Assembly: GCA_051294375.1 (NCBI GenBank)
Contig: CM119264.1
Coordinates: 13,040,813 to 13,104,812, forward strand
Reading direction: 5' to 3'
Source: Paraspadella gotoi
Taxonomy: Eukaryota; Animalia; Chaetognatha
DNA length: 64,000 nucleotides
Position 1 is the first letter of the stretch, and each line of letters opens with the position of its first letter. Shown piece after piece: positions 12,803 to 24,605 of the stretch. Under the pieces are notes generated by a model. That model was not told the DNA's origin. It was given only the letters and a program-made list of their open reading frames with translations, and did no database searches. Made by a program: the position numbers and the translations under genes.

Positions 12803-13805
12803 AGAAAGAAAGAAAGAAAAAAAAGAAAGAGAGAGAAAAAGAAAAAAGAAAGTGAGAGAAAAAGAAAAAGAAAGAGAGAGAAAAGAAAAAAGAAGTGAGA
12901 GAAAAGAAAAAAGAAAGTGAGAGAAAAAGAAAAAAGAAAGAGAAAAAAAGAAGTGTAAGTAACCTTAGATGAATCTTTACATGCATTGTTCTTTTTTTTT
13001 TTCATTGCTCAGTGCTTAGCTTCAAATGAATTGGACTGCATCGAACTCCAAATCGACACCTGTAAGGACAGTCGAAGGAGCAGGAAATCATCGATTCCAA
13101 CTGTTTCTTCATTCATCAGAACTAAAAAGAGTGAGAAAGGGAGATGGCTGGGACGGAAGTACCGAAGACTAAGAGACAGTAATCATCTTGTATCAGTAGC
13201 ACAGTTTGTACCGGAAAGTTTTAGTCTTAAAAAAAAATGGACCCCTCTTCAACGGGATTGAAATAGAACCGTTTTTTAAAAAAAAAATCAATCACTGACT
13301 TACGTACATCCTCGACTTAGGTTCCAGCCTGCCGCATTTGGGAGACTTGCTGCAGAGTCGTGGCCAGCATATGGCCGCGTTGGAGCACATCCGTTGGAAG
13401 CCGTCGGCGAGCGACGGAGCGGCCACCGAGGCGTCTGGAGTTCGCCGTCTCGCCGACGGCGTCGAAGTGGAATCGAGTGGAACAGAAAGAGGAAGCGGGC
13501 GAATCGAAGAAACGGCGGAAACGAGGAGGGAGGAAGAGAGACATCGACTCACCGCTCCGAGATCGAGAGATTTAGAGAGACTTAATTTTCCGCAGCGTCA
13601 GAGCGGTTCGCCGGGAAACGGAGACTGGCAACAAAGGCCGGTCGATCGGTCCCAGAGGCAGGAAGCGAGGGGCGTACAGAGAGGAATTCTCCGGACGACC
13701 AAACGCGACTTCCGACGGTCGGATGAAGTGAGGATCGTAGACGGGACCAACTCATCGGGGGACTTCAAGTCCGTCGTGACGAAGGTGAGGAAGGGGAAGC
13801 AGTGA
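4623..13805 (+). CDS. Class B1 (secretin-family) peptide hormone GPCR, CRH/DH44- or calcitonin/DH31-receptor-like; multi-exon, 3' end uncertain (13575 or 13805)
   Basis: Hormone-binding domain CPPIWDRVLCWSRADVGETVTKPCP (~8218-8325) and AYRVCLESASWKWGTWTNYTLC (~8736-8842). TM exons: YSYFR/PLRCPRITIHKHL, FFWAFNEGFFI...FLIGWG, LLVTKLKA, RALKSILVLVPLLGVTHL, QGIAVGIMYCFMNKQ/VQ. Probable first coding exon 4623-4686. Confidence 0.9.
7046..7757 (+). mobile_element. Complete miniature non-autonomous LTR element (TRIM/retrozyme-like): LTR1 7046-7301, internal 7302-7495, LTR2 7496-7757
   Basis: Two direct ~255-bp repeats (TGTGG...GCCATA). PBS-like TGGTGAGCCC 2 nt after LTR1; G-rich CCCGGGGATCC just before LTR2. 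Flanks ATAC/GTAC form a 4-bp TSD with one mismatch. No recognisable coding capacity. Confidence 0.85.
7625..7705 (+). ncRNA. Putative twister ribozyme, circularly permuted type P5, in LTR2
   Basis: P5 GTTGGC/GCCAAT; P2 3' strand GCGA; GA; T1 CCG pairing with L4 CGG; minimal P1 hairpin TCCTAGGG; T^AA cleavage site (7651/7652); P2 5' strand CCGC; GCC; P3 hairpin; GA-GGG-TCGG-AAGC-CCC. Order and conserved nucleotides match the twister consensus as recalled. Confidence 0.75.
9970..10219 (-). mobile_element. Solo LTR of the twister-LTR family (ribozyme core partly deleted)
   Basis: Reverse-complement copy of the 7046-7301 LTR with exact 4-bp TSD ATAT; lies in an intron of the class B GPCR. Confidence 0.9.
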
Positions 13806-14989
13806 GGTAAGGGCGATTCGCTGGGAAGACTTGGGTAGATTGGAGGTCGGCAGCAGTTATTGTTTAAAATTGATCCAATACAGTAATCAGTTATGGCTAA
13901 AAAAGTTCACGGGACACAAACTGGGATGATGTGTCTTCTAACAATGAAAATTAAGAATACGACAATCAATACATACATTATTATAGTAACTAGTAAGATA
14001 CTAATAAGTCATACTGAATTTTTTTTTTTAGAAAACGGAGCTCTAACCAGAGCTGGAAACTACAACTTACACGTTATTTTATCCTAGTCAATTCAAATGT
14101 TTCTTGTCAACTCGTTTTAAAAGTATATTTTTATAGAGCTGTGTCAACTTTTTTCTTACCCCAATTGTACCATAATGTCAATACATTAAAGCTGATGTGA
14201 ACAATAACGGATTTCTGTCTTATAAAAAAATATAATTAGAGCAATAAATAAAAATAGTCTCCATCTAAAATTTCTCGCATTTATACTATATGGGTAATGG
14301 ATAATGTTATATATTTGCCCGTTAATGATTAATAGTTTTACTTTTTTTACTTTCAATCTTTTTTCTCGTATTTTTCTTTGACCCCTACTAACCATGTTCT
14401 TCTCTTCATCTCCATTTTCTAATCTCGATCTCAATTTTGTTAATTCCACCTTTTCTGCTCCTTTGACCCTTTTTCCTTTTTTCCTTTTCTTCTTCGTTTT
14501 CCTTTCCCGTTTTCGTCGTCAGTCTCTTACCTTTTTATTTTCTGGTGTTATACTTATAGTTGTTTACATAACTTTTATAATTCAATTTTATCATAAACCT
14601 TCTCTTGTTTGTTTTCGCTCATTCTCGCTTCTAACTTTTTTTCCTTGACATTATTCGTCGATATTTGTCTGCTTGGTGTTTACCTTTCGCTCGCTTCATT
14701 TCTCATCCTCACGACTTTTTCTAAATTTAGCGCTATCGCTGAATTTGTTATTTGTTTACTTACGCATGAAAGTGGCATAAAATGGGAGTAGAGAAAATAA
14801 GATGGGGAATAGATAGAAATGATGGAGGACATTTAAACTCTCGTTGGAATTTGTTTGAGAGGTTGTCGCCTACTCTAAATATTTATTCCGCGAGTTGCAA
14901 AGGATTCTAGAGGCGGTAATGTGGTAGAACAATTTTAGTTTTCCGACTAAACCCAAAATCCACTAAATTAATCCTTGAAGAGAGAGTAA

Positions 14990-15141
14990 TTAGTGTTATG
15001 TGTTAGTGACAGAACCGTTCAATATAAGCAGTCCCTGAGCTTCGGATCAGGATGTAACACCGTGTTACAGGCGGACCACCGGGCTAGAACACCGGATCTT
15101 TGGGTTGGGAGGCAAATGACTTGCCTCCGGCACCAATGGCC
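14990..15141 (-). mobile_element. tRNA-derived SINE-like sequence
   Basis: Minus strand GGCCATTGGTGCCGGAGGCAAGTCATTTGCCTCCCAACCCAAAGATCCGGTGTTCTAGCCCGGTGGTCC resembles a degenerate tRNA (Gly-like anticodon arm, B-box-like GTTCTAGCCC). It is followed by a hairpin-rich body and a TAACAC-repeat tail. Confidence 0.45.
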
Positions 15142-15402
15142 GTTGATGAACGTTTGGTGGATTTTAGTCCACCATATCCCACTCTTTTCATCTAATTCTA
15201 AAAAATTATATATTTTTCATCGAAGAGTTTAACTCAGTCACTAGCAACAACAACAGAAAAAGATAGAAGCAAAACATTCAATGTATATTCATGAAAATAA
15301 GGCGATAATGTCCTAAATACACGTTGGATAGTCATTTCTTGCTTTCTTTCTTTCTCATTGTTTTCCCGCGATCTTTTTTCTGGAAAAGCGAAAAAAAAAA
15401 TC

Positions 15403-18400
15403 TTAATTGTGGGACTCGGGAGATCGGTATCTCAGAAGATCCCTCAACCGCATAATACCGCATAATACCTCGTCCGCGAACGCAGTCGATTTCTTATTCA
15501 CTTCTTCCTCTTTCTTCTCCTCCATCCTCTCCTCGAGTGTCTTCAAATTGTGCGCGAGTTTGACGACGAAGAGAAGGACGAAGATCGACGTGGCTTCGAC
15601 AACCAGCAACGCGCAGACGGAGAACAATCGGTTCTCACCTGGTAGAAAACACCGATTGGATTTTTTTGTTTTTGGTTGCGTTTTTATGATTCGCTATTAG
15701 CCACTTTTCAGTCGGACGGTCTGTCTCTTAATATTAGGATCAGACGGTGAGATAAAAAAGTTAATACGGCATTGTTGATCTGATTTGTTGTCAATACCGC
15801 TTTGTTTTTCAGACCTTAAAATTTAAAATTTACATTTTTATTTAATTTTATAAAAAAATATAATCGTGTAATATGATATCCTGAGCGGTGAATCTTTTTG
15901 GAATCGACTTTCCTTGTTCAGTTAAAAATCAACGCCAGTTCGACTCACCCTCACTAACTTACCTTCAGCAGTAAAATACCACGCCGTCCACAGAATCCAC
16001 GCGATCGAAATCAAGGTGGACGCGGCGCAAATGTACTTGGTTTCCATGGAGGCGAACCTGGCGCCTCGCTTTATCCACGAGTGAATCGTCGTCGCCGTCA
16101 ACAGCAACATCGGGTAAAGGTTAATGATGTAGAAGGGTACGCCGTCGCAGGCGCAGGACCATCGAGGCGGAATGACTGGAACGGATGGGGAGGAGAGGAG
16201 GAAGACGGAGGAAGAGGGAACGAGGGCGACCCATTCCACGTTGAGGACGATTTGAAAGGTTGTGAGAGCGAGGACGAAGAGTGCCTGCGCGAAGTTGAGG
16301 GGTTGACGGGTCGTCACATGTGAGAAAACTCGTCAAATAACGACAATTATATCTACAAATTTCTCATGTCTCATTAATTTGTAGCATATTATCGTATTTT
16401 TATTGTTTAATAATCGCCTTAAACGTGACCTGTCGCCACGCTAATCCATCACCTGCGATTCCGCGTAAACGTAGGGAATGTCTTTGAGATAATGGTGGCT
16501 CTTGCGGTCGATCCTCGCATTTCGGACGGATTTAACGAGGAGGCAAGAAAACACCAAAGCGTGAAGAGGAGCAAAGACGAGACGACGAAAAAAGCAAACT
16601 TTGTCGGTGGAGGAAACCTGAAAGTCGAAATGACCAAACTACGCGTAATACCAGATTAATGGGGAAAAAAAATTTGACGTTAGCAAGGCAGCTCAAATTT
16701 TTTTCACACCGAATTTAAATAGGTCGGTCGATCTATCAATCAGTCTGTCCCTTTGTCATTCTGGCAGTCTGTGTCTCCTCTTACCATAAATCCTAAAGTC
16801 AGCAAGAACATTGAGCCGATTCCTGTGTTGAGGAGATAATTGAGAATCCCCGAAGATTGAACGTGTACCGGATTCTTGAAGTCGAAGAGAAAGTAGGAGA
16901 GACAAGCGAACGAAGCCAAGAACCCCGGTGCGGCCACCGACAGAATCCCCAAGCCCCATGGACGGGAACCGAAGAAGGCGAACCACGGTCCATCGGTCTC
17001 GTAGCCCGCCCTCTCCAGTTTCGCGAAGGCCTCGGCCAAGTCTTTGTCTAATTTTTCTTCATCGACAGATTGCTGAAGAGGCATAGAAGCAGGATGATAG
17101 GATTATAATGATCACTACAATTAGACATGAGATAGCCAGTGCCATCATGTTATTTTTTTTTTAAATTTGAAACTTCTAATATATAAAAATTCTCAATTTA
17201 TTTTTTCGGAAGGAGGTTTTACGATCCATCGTTCCCCTTACTACCTCGTCAGCGGTGCATGCTGCGCAAGCCGGTATGGCTTTGCATTTTTGATCAAGGT
17301 CGACTGTGCCGTTTAATCCGTAGACTTGTGCCGTTTGTTTATGCCTCAACAAACCGATTTGAAAGTCGGCAACGTCGACAGTCTATTTATATAAATTTTA
17401 AAAAAAAGATTAATCTCATTAAAATTTTCTTTCTTTCCTCCATGCAGCCTATACAAATATCTACTGTATCAAGCACGAAGTCAAAAGTAAACTTCTGAAT
17501 TTCGTTGAGTCAAACCTTAAAAGTTCCCCTCAACGGTCCCTCCTGAAGATTCATAATGGTGTAGATATCAGCAGAAGAATTTCTGTCCATTAATGCAAAC
17601 GTTCTCAAAGAGAGATAGTCGACCTTGAATGAGTCCTGTTCCATTCTTTCCATCAGAGTTGAATAAATGCTTGAAGGATCTGATCGATAGGAATCAAAAA
17701 CATCCTGGAGAATGGAAAAGGATAGAATAGAATAAAGCTACTAGTTAAAATAAATGCATCAAAAGGGAATATTTGATAATTAGCTCTTATTTGGCTTAAA
17801 ATTTGTTAATATTTGAAGCTGGTTTTATGTATTAAATGCACAACCTGGCAAATTCCAACTCCAACGCATTTAGAGCGGAGGAGGTAGGAGAATGATCTCG
17901 CGAGCATAATAGCGACTTGCATCATGGCTTCCACGGATGTACTCTTGTAAACAGTTTTCGGTGAGTCCAGGTTTTCGGCTCCAGAGCATGTGCGGTCGAA
18001 TTTAAAATCTAAAATAATGCTCAATTATTATTTTATTTTGGCAACCGACGGGTTGCCTGTGATGCCCATCTCACTGTTGGCATTGGGGGCTTCCGACCCT
18101 CAGTGACGCCTTCAGTCACTGGAGCGGTTACCCGAGAACGGTCTCGCTTTGCCAACGCAAAGGGAAGTCGTTTGTACTATGGATGGAACACAACGCCAAT
18201 GGGATTAGCTGATGCGGTGTGAATATATCGCCACATTATAACCTTTAGACCCTATGAATTTATGGCATTTCGTATTCATGATAAAAACTAAAATATATAA
18301 ATATCTAATGAAATTACAGACCTTAAGACTTTAGTGTTTTACTTACTTCCATTCATATTACATTGAAAATTTTCCATCCAAAATTCAGAAAAAAATTCTT

Positions 18401-21400
18401 TCCAAAGTAAATTAGGAGATTCTGAAAGATCCGAGAGCTTTAAAGACCTATAAATAAAAATTGTAATCTACTAACACAAAAAATTAAAAACTAACTTTAG
18501 ATAAAGAGTGCTACTTTTTAGTTTTAATAAGCTTAAATCTGGATTTTTTATGAATGGCTATCAATTCTGCTCCAATTTCAATTTTAAAAGAATATTGATA
18601 AGAAAAAGGTTTATATGAAATCAATAGTTTTTAATTTGTTTAATCAGTTATCAGTTAAAAATCAGCATACCTGTAGTATTTCAAAAAAGGAGTGTTGATA
18701 ATTTTCTTCGGAACAATAACTACAGATCCAAGCAGCTGTTGCATATAAGTCTCATAAGTAAAGACGTATGATGCTTCCTTGATGACCTTTTCTACAGATG
18801 TTTGGTCAAACCAGTCATCGACTCCAATCCAGTAAAGACGACCAAAAGCATCAGCATTTTTGGCGGCAAACATTACCGACACCATGCGAGCTGGGTTCAA
18901 AAGCGAAACCACCACAAACGCACCTTCAAGCCAAGAAGAATAAATAGTTAAATAATGTAGCACTCTCTTTCATTTCTGATCAATGAACAGTAGTTTATAA
19001 CTCACGTTCATTTGACATCATCTTCACCAATACTCTTTCCATATTGGCCACAGTCTCGACGTCGGACGATTGAAGCTGATTATCCGAAGCGACGCAAATT
19101 CTCCGCGTTCCAGATTGAATTTTTTCCATCAATAGCATTGCCAGCCGAACAGAAGTGGCGCTGGAATCTCTAAGTAGGTGAATTGAATTCCATTTCTGAA
19201 CCTCCAATACGGACAAGAGAACTTCAATTTTAGCCGTTTTGGAGGGGATCGCGCGAATGAAATGAGGATATCTAAAAGTATGGAGAACTAATGGACTATT
19301 AAACAATTTGACCCGTTTCGATATATTTTTAACTTGCCGATGTCTAGTGTTGAACTCTGGGTCGTCGGTGATCGCGATCTGGGGAACTGGCACATTTAAA
19401 TCTTTGATGGCGGCGTGGATTCCTTTTGAAGACAATGGGTTAGAGTCCCCAACAATGGCTAGCGTAATCGTCTCTCGGGGTTTGGTGACGGGAGAGATGA
19501 AAGCCCCCTGGCCTAAAATGAATACGTAAAAATTCTATTAAAATTACAATAATTATTACTAATATTTTTAGTATCATTAAAATTATCAACATTAAGTCCA
19601 AAGTTTGCTTGCCATAGACTTACCAAGAATAACACTTCTCGTAATACTTTCTGCAAGTATCCCATTTCCAAAAGTATCAAACGCCTGTAAATAAAAATTC
19701 CAAACAAATCTCAAAAACATAACCTTGACTATTGGAAAAAAAAAGGTTTGATTAGATTTGTGGCTTGTGTTAATAGATATGTATATCTTCTGACCTTAAC
19801 TACTATTGGCACTCCAGGCAAAATAGTATTTTCTAAATTGATGTTTTGAACAACCCAGTCAAATGCGAGAAGATTTTCCATGTTTTCCTTTAAAGAAATT
19901 TCTTCAAAAATGTATTTACTTAATATAATACATATTATTACATAAATGTTAACAAACTAAAATTTACCTGAAGAAAGTTACCTCCTTCGTCTCTCAAATT
20001 TAACATGAGATGAATTTCAGCGACATTATCAATCTGATTGTCTATAGATTGCAAGGGAAGATCAAACTGAAACGTATTCTGTATCGTAATCAAGTCTGAA
20101 AAAAATTACACACATTATATGTATTGTTGTGTCTTTCTCTTAATCATGAATTTATTCATTTATTAATCAACATTATCTTGTTTTTCCGTCAGTAAAAAAA
20201 AACGCGTTGCTAAACAACGAAGATTTCACGAGTTACTTTTAAAAGCGTCAAGAAACTCACCATTCACGGAACCACAACCAATTTTGCTGCACTTGTCCGA
20301 ATTTATAGTCGAGGGAAAATAAAATCTGTAAAAAGTTGCTTTAGGGACAGGAGGATCCAACTGACGAGAATGATATCTTCCCACTTGAGCGATGGATTTG
20401 TCTCCCCTAAAGACTCCTTCGTTGATGTTGAGAATATTTAGCGGTACACGGGCCAAACCTTTTAAAAAATGTAATAAATTAAATACCGTGATTCAGGGGC
20501 GGCGAGATGGCGGACACCAACGCCTTCGGCGAGGTCCCCTGGAGGCCCCGGGAGGGCCCCTGAGAAGAAAGAAAAAAAAAGGAAAGGAAAGAAGAAAAAA
20601 AGAAGAAAAAAAGAAGAAAAAAAGAAGAAAAAAAAGAATGGAAGAAAAAGGGGGATAAAAAGGAATTGAGTCTTTATGAAAAAAGGTTCAGTCTGTGCAG
20701 AAAGTCTTACTGATCAAATTCATGTTAGATCTTACTTGGGCCCCTTTAGACTTTAGGGTTCAAGTTGGGCCCCTATTAAAGTAAAATCAATGCCTCTTTA
20801 TTGGTAATGTCCCAACTGTTTCAGGGATAGAGTCCATTTCACTCTTAATGCGACCCCTTATTCATTCAAATTACGGCCCCTCTAGAGCCCTGGAGCAATT
20901 TTCAAGGCAGAATTTCTGCCAGAAAGTCGGTAATCGAAAATGTAATTATACAATTCTAATACTTTAAAATTCAAAGTGCCATTTTTTGAAAAAAAACTGT
21001 TAATAATAGACAAATGTTTTCTAAAAAAATGATGGAATAAAACATTACAAAAATAATGATAATATTGTTGATTTGGAAGAGGGTTCAATACCTTGCAAAT
21101 TGTAGGCGAATTGAGATTGGTTGTCAGAAATCGAGATAAAAATGCTGCTCAAGATAGCGGAGGTAAAGCATTTGTAATTATTGATTGGACACTTATTACG
21201 TTCCGCGATTGACAAAGCATGAAGAATACTGTCGATTCCATCGTAAATGTTAGTGTGATCGTCATAGTATGAAAATTTATCGTAATCCACGTATTTCAGT
21301 GATGAAGATTTCAATTCTTCACTCTGCTTCTTTACTGTCATTTCTAGAAAAGGATTATCCACTGATGAGTTGGAAGCGTCCCTAGAATTAAGAACCATAA

Positions 21401-23172
21401 CTTATGGTATTACTTATGGCATAAGTAGCGCCAATTTATCTTTTTACGCCACTCAAAAAAGAATAAATTTAAATTAAATTTCACCGCTGTAAATTTGATT
21501 TTCCTTATTCCTCATGACCGCTGTTTGTTTTTAGTGAGTTACCTCAAATGGGTGTTAAAGTTGTTCGGTAATCTCCCGAAAGATTGAGCTACTATCAATG
21601 AACCTAAGACATCGTTTGCTATTGGCAAATTTTGATCGATGGCTTTTCTGAGGAAAGGTAACGTCTCCTGAAACAAAAGCCACGTGATGGAGCTGCGACG
21701 AATCTCCGCTTCTTGCTTCATGACTTTTTGGAAGACTTCTTCTCCTCCGAAAACAATCACGACGCCGACCTGAGACAAAATCGCATAATATACAATTTAC
21801 AATGGAATGGCTGAAAATTAAAAAAAAAACACAAAAAAAAACACAATAATTTGTAAATTCTAAAAATAACGGCAACTCCTACCTCGCTATCTACGAAAAA
21901 ACGCGTAACATATCTCTTAAGCATCTGAAGGATATCTTGATCGTTGAGGGTTTTGTAGATTTTGAGTCTGTACGCGACGTGGATTTGTTCTTCATTTGGA
22001 GATTCGGCAAGAATTCCGTAAAACCTTACAGCCAATGCTTCCCAATAGGGGGAGTCTTGAATTATAACTCCAATGTTTGACCATTGATAAGCCTACACAA
22101 CGGAAAAAGATTTTATGATGAACAATTTTTTTACGACGAAGATAAAACCAGTCTACATGTTGCATATGCCTAGTCACTATGAATTTTACTCCGGTTTTTT
22201 ATATAACAATTAGTCTACAAAACCTATAAAGTTTTCATAAGTAACGAGTGATTTGGACTTCATGTACAAAACTTTTGAAAACATTTGATTTCTTTGAGAC
22301 AAAAGCCGAAACTCCACCTTGTGGCGGTATATTCGCACAGTCTCACATCCACAATCCTTCTGCCAATCCCATTGGCTCAGAGTGGGAACCCATCCACAGT
22401 CCTAACGAGTTCCCTCTGCGTTAGCAAAGCGAGACCGTCCTCGGGTAACCGTGAGAGTGACAGGATGCGTCACTTAGGGTCGGAAGCCCCCGAAACCAAC
22501 AGTGAGATGCCCCAATGGGCATCACAGGCAACAAGGCTGTCGCCATCACCTAACCTTTAATAGCAAGTGAAAGGCCGATAAAAAATCGTTGGCATTGGGG
22601 ACGCTTTGAAAGAGATGCGGCTGCTCGGTCAGCGTGACGTCGTTGGATCGAAAGTTGACGTAAGGAACCGGGACGAAGGGCGCCAATCCGTCGGCAAGAA
22701 ACGACACTACCGCCATCGAGTCGTCCTCTCCCACGACGACGATGCGCTTGAGGCCGCTGATCGATCCGTCGGGTGGAATCTTAGCGGCGAGGTATACCTG
22801 ATCAGATTCTCCATATATATTCGTTTCATATGTTTTATACTGGTTGCACCAATTTCATAGATTGTAAAATATTAAGTTGTGGCGAATTCTAAATTGGCCT
22901 CTCGTATAGCTTGGTGAAACTCAACTCGTCCGATTGGCTTGGACAGCTATGACACGCATGTCTTTCCGTTGCTATAAATCCCTATTTTGTAACTTTTTAT
23001 TTTAGTTTTTTGTATTTTTTAGTTTTATAAACTTTCGCTCAGGAAATTATATTTTATTTTTCCTTTTTTTGGCTCATATTTTTGTTTAGTTTTTGTTTTC
23101 ATCTTTTTAGCCCATTTTTCGTTATTTCCTTTACCCTCATTTTTCTATTTTTTTTTTCTTTTGCCTTTAACT

Positions 23173-23211
<39 letters not shown>

Positions 23212-24105
23212 GTCTTTCTTTCTTTCTTTCTTACTTATATATTTTTTTAATTTCGATCTACTACGAAATATGAAATAAATTTTAAAAGCCGTACAACTAG
23301 TGGACAAGGTCAGGTCGTCGAAAAAGCGTTACTTTAAGAGAGTTGACGAGGGCGTGGAGCCTCGAAATGAACTGGTAAGGAGCTCCGCATGTGGCGAAAG
23401 CGACTGCTGCTACGGAGGGGCGCGGTGGTGGGAATTCTGAGAGGACGAAGTTGACGATCTCGGGCAAGACCTATGGGAAATATAGGAATTATAATATAAC
23501 AAAATACTAATAGATCATCGCCAAAACTTTTCGCAAAAATACGTATAAAAAAACGCAAAGCAACATTTTCATCAAAGAATTATTTTGATTTTTTTTTTTC
23601 ATCGACTCACAATCAGCTGAAATTATCTCCACCTTAAAACAACAACGACGACGACGGCCAATGCGAAAAGCGACATCTTTCTCACCAATTCTTGTGGCGA
23701 TCTGGCGACGGAGCCAGGCGCTCCGCATTGCACATCGTTCGTCGATGTCTCGAACAGAGGCAAAGCGACGAAGAGGATTGTCTCCGCCGCTTCGCAGTCG
23801 CCGAAAGTCGCCAGGGGGATTTCGCTCGGGATATTCTTAAAGATGGCGCGGCAGTTGGAAGCTTTTCAAGTTAAAATGTTGAGAGACTTAATTCTAAACT
23901 TTTCTTATGAACCAGTTTTATACGGTTATGAGATAACAGTAAAAAAAACATTTAGTTTCGCCAGGTCTCTCCTTCCCCACAAAAGCCAATTCGCCTCTAT
24001 TCTTCAAACAACTTTGAAAAAATTTAAATATTACTTACCACTTTCAGTTTCGTTCATGGCTAAACTTAGAACTAAAATTATTAGGAAATTCTTAATTCCA
24101 GCCAT
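15403..24105 (-). CDS. Class C (mGluR-like) GPCR paralogue A with two tandem Venus flytrap modules and 7TM
   Basis: Signal exon MAGIKNFLIILVLSLAM from 24105. VFT1 (~23860-20260) with VPYVNFRSNDVTLTEQPHLFQSVPNANDFLSAF and YQWSNIGVI. VFT2 (~20095-17245) with LLAFDWVVQNINLENTILPG, VPQIAITDDPEFNTRHR-YPHFIRAIPS, LYWIGVDDW, FSEFWMENFQC. 7TM motifs NPVHVQSSGILNYLL, SCLLVKSVRNARI, ETKYICAAS. Stop at 15403. Confidence 0.88.
18037..18235 (-). mobile_element. Solo LTR of the twister-LTR family
   Basis: Reverse-complement, internally shortened LTR copy with exact 4-bp TSD TTAT; lies in an intron of class C GPCR A. Confidence 0.9.
20494..20892. mobile_element. Possible degenerate hAT-type MITE
   Basis: Starts CAGGGGCGGC and ends GCCCTG, with repeated GGGCCC motifs inside an AT-rich intron. 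TIRs match over only 5 bp and no 8-bp TSD was found. Confidence 0.3.
22320..22547 (+). mobile_element. Solo LTR of the twister-LTR family
   Basis: LTR copy with exact 4-bp TSD ACCT, a few nt from a splice donor of class C GPCR A. Confidence 0.9.
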
Positions 24106-24605
24106 CGTTTTCTTTTAACATAGTTATTTTGCCAGGATAAAAATGTAAAAGTTTAAAAACGCAATAAAAAAAAACCAGTTTTAAAACAAATTCAATCTCA
24201 TCTGTCAGTACAAACCGGTTTTTTTTTTCAATCAAGCGGCTGATCAATCCCTAGGTTTTTCGTTTACATTGCACGGTAAGAACTAAATTGTACTTATGAG
24301 AGAATCGAGAGGCAATTTGCCAATAAAAACAAAGATTCTCGAATTACATCGTGTATATCTTGCTGAAAAATAAACTGCAGTAAAAAATAACAGTATGTGA
24401 AATTTTTATTTTACATAGTTAACACTAACAGAAATCAAGTTTGACAAAAAAAAACCACCCAAATATACAAAGAATAATAATTTATCACTATTTCAATTAC
24501 CAAAAACAAGCGCAGGTTATCATTGACAGAAGAACTGTCTTCACAACAAACCATGAATCTCTCCATTAAAAATTTATTTTTGATTTTCCTGATTTGTACC
24601 AAAAG

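Noticed and set aside
12282-13005. Long Phe/Ser/Leu-rich ORFs, and similar SLSL/RERE/FIYL ORFs elsewhere such as 54499-54897
   Set aside because: These are translations of microsatellites in introns.
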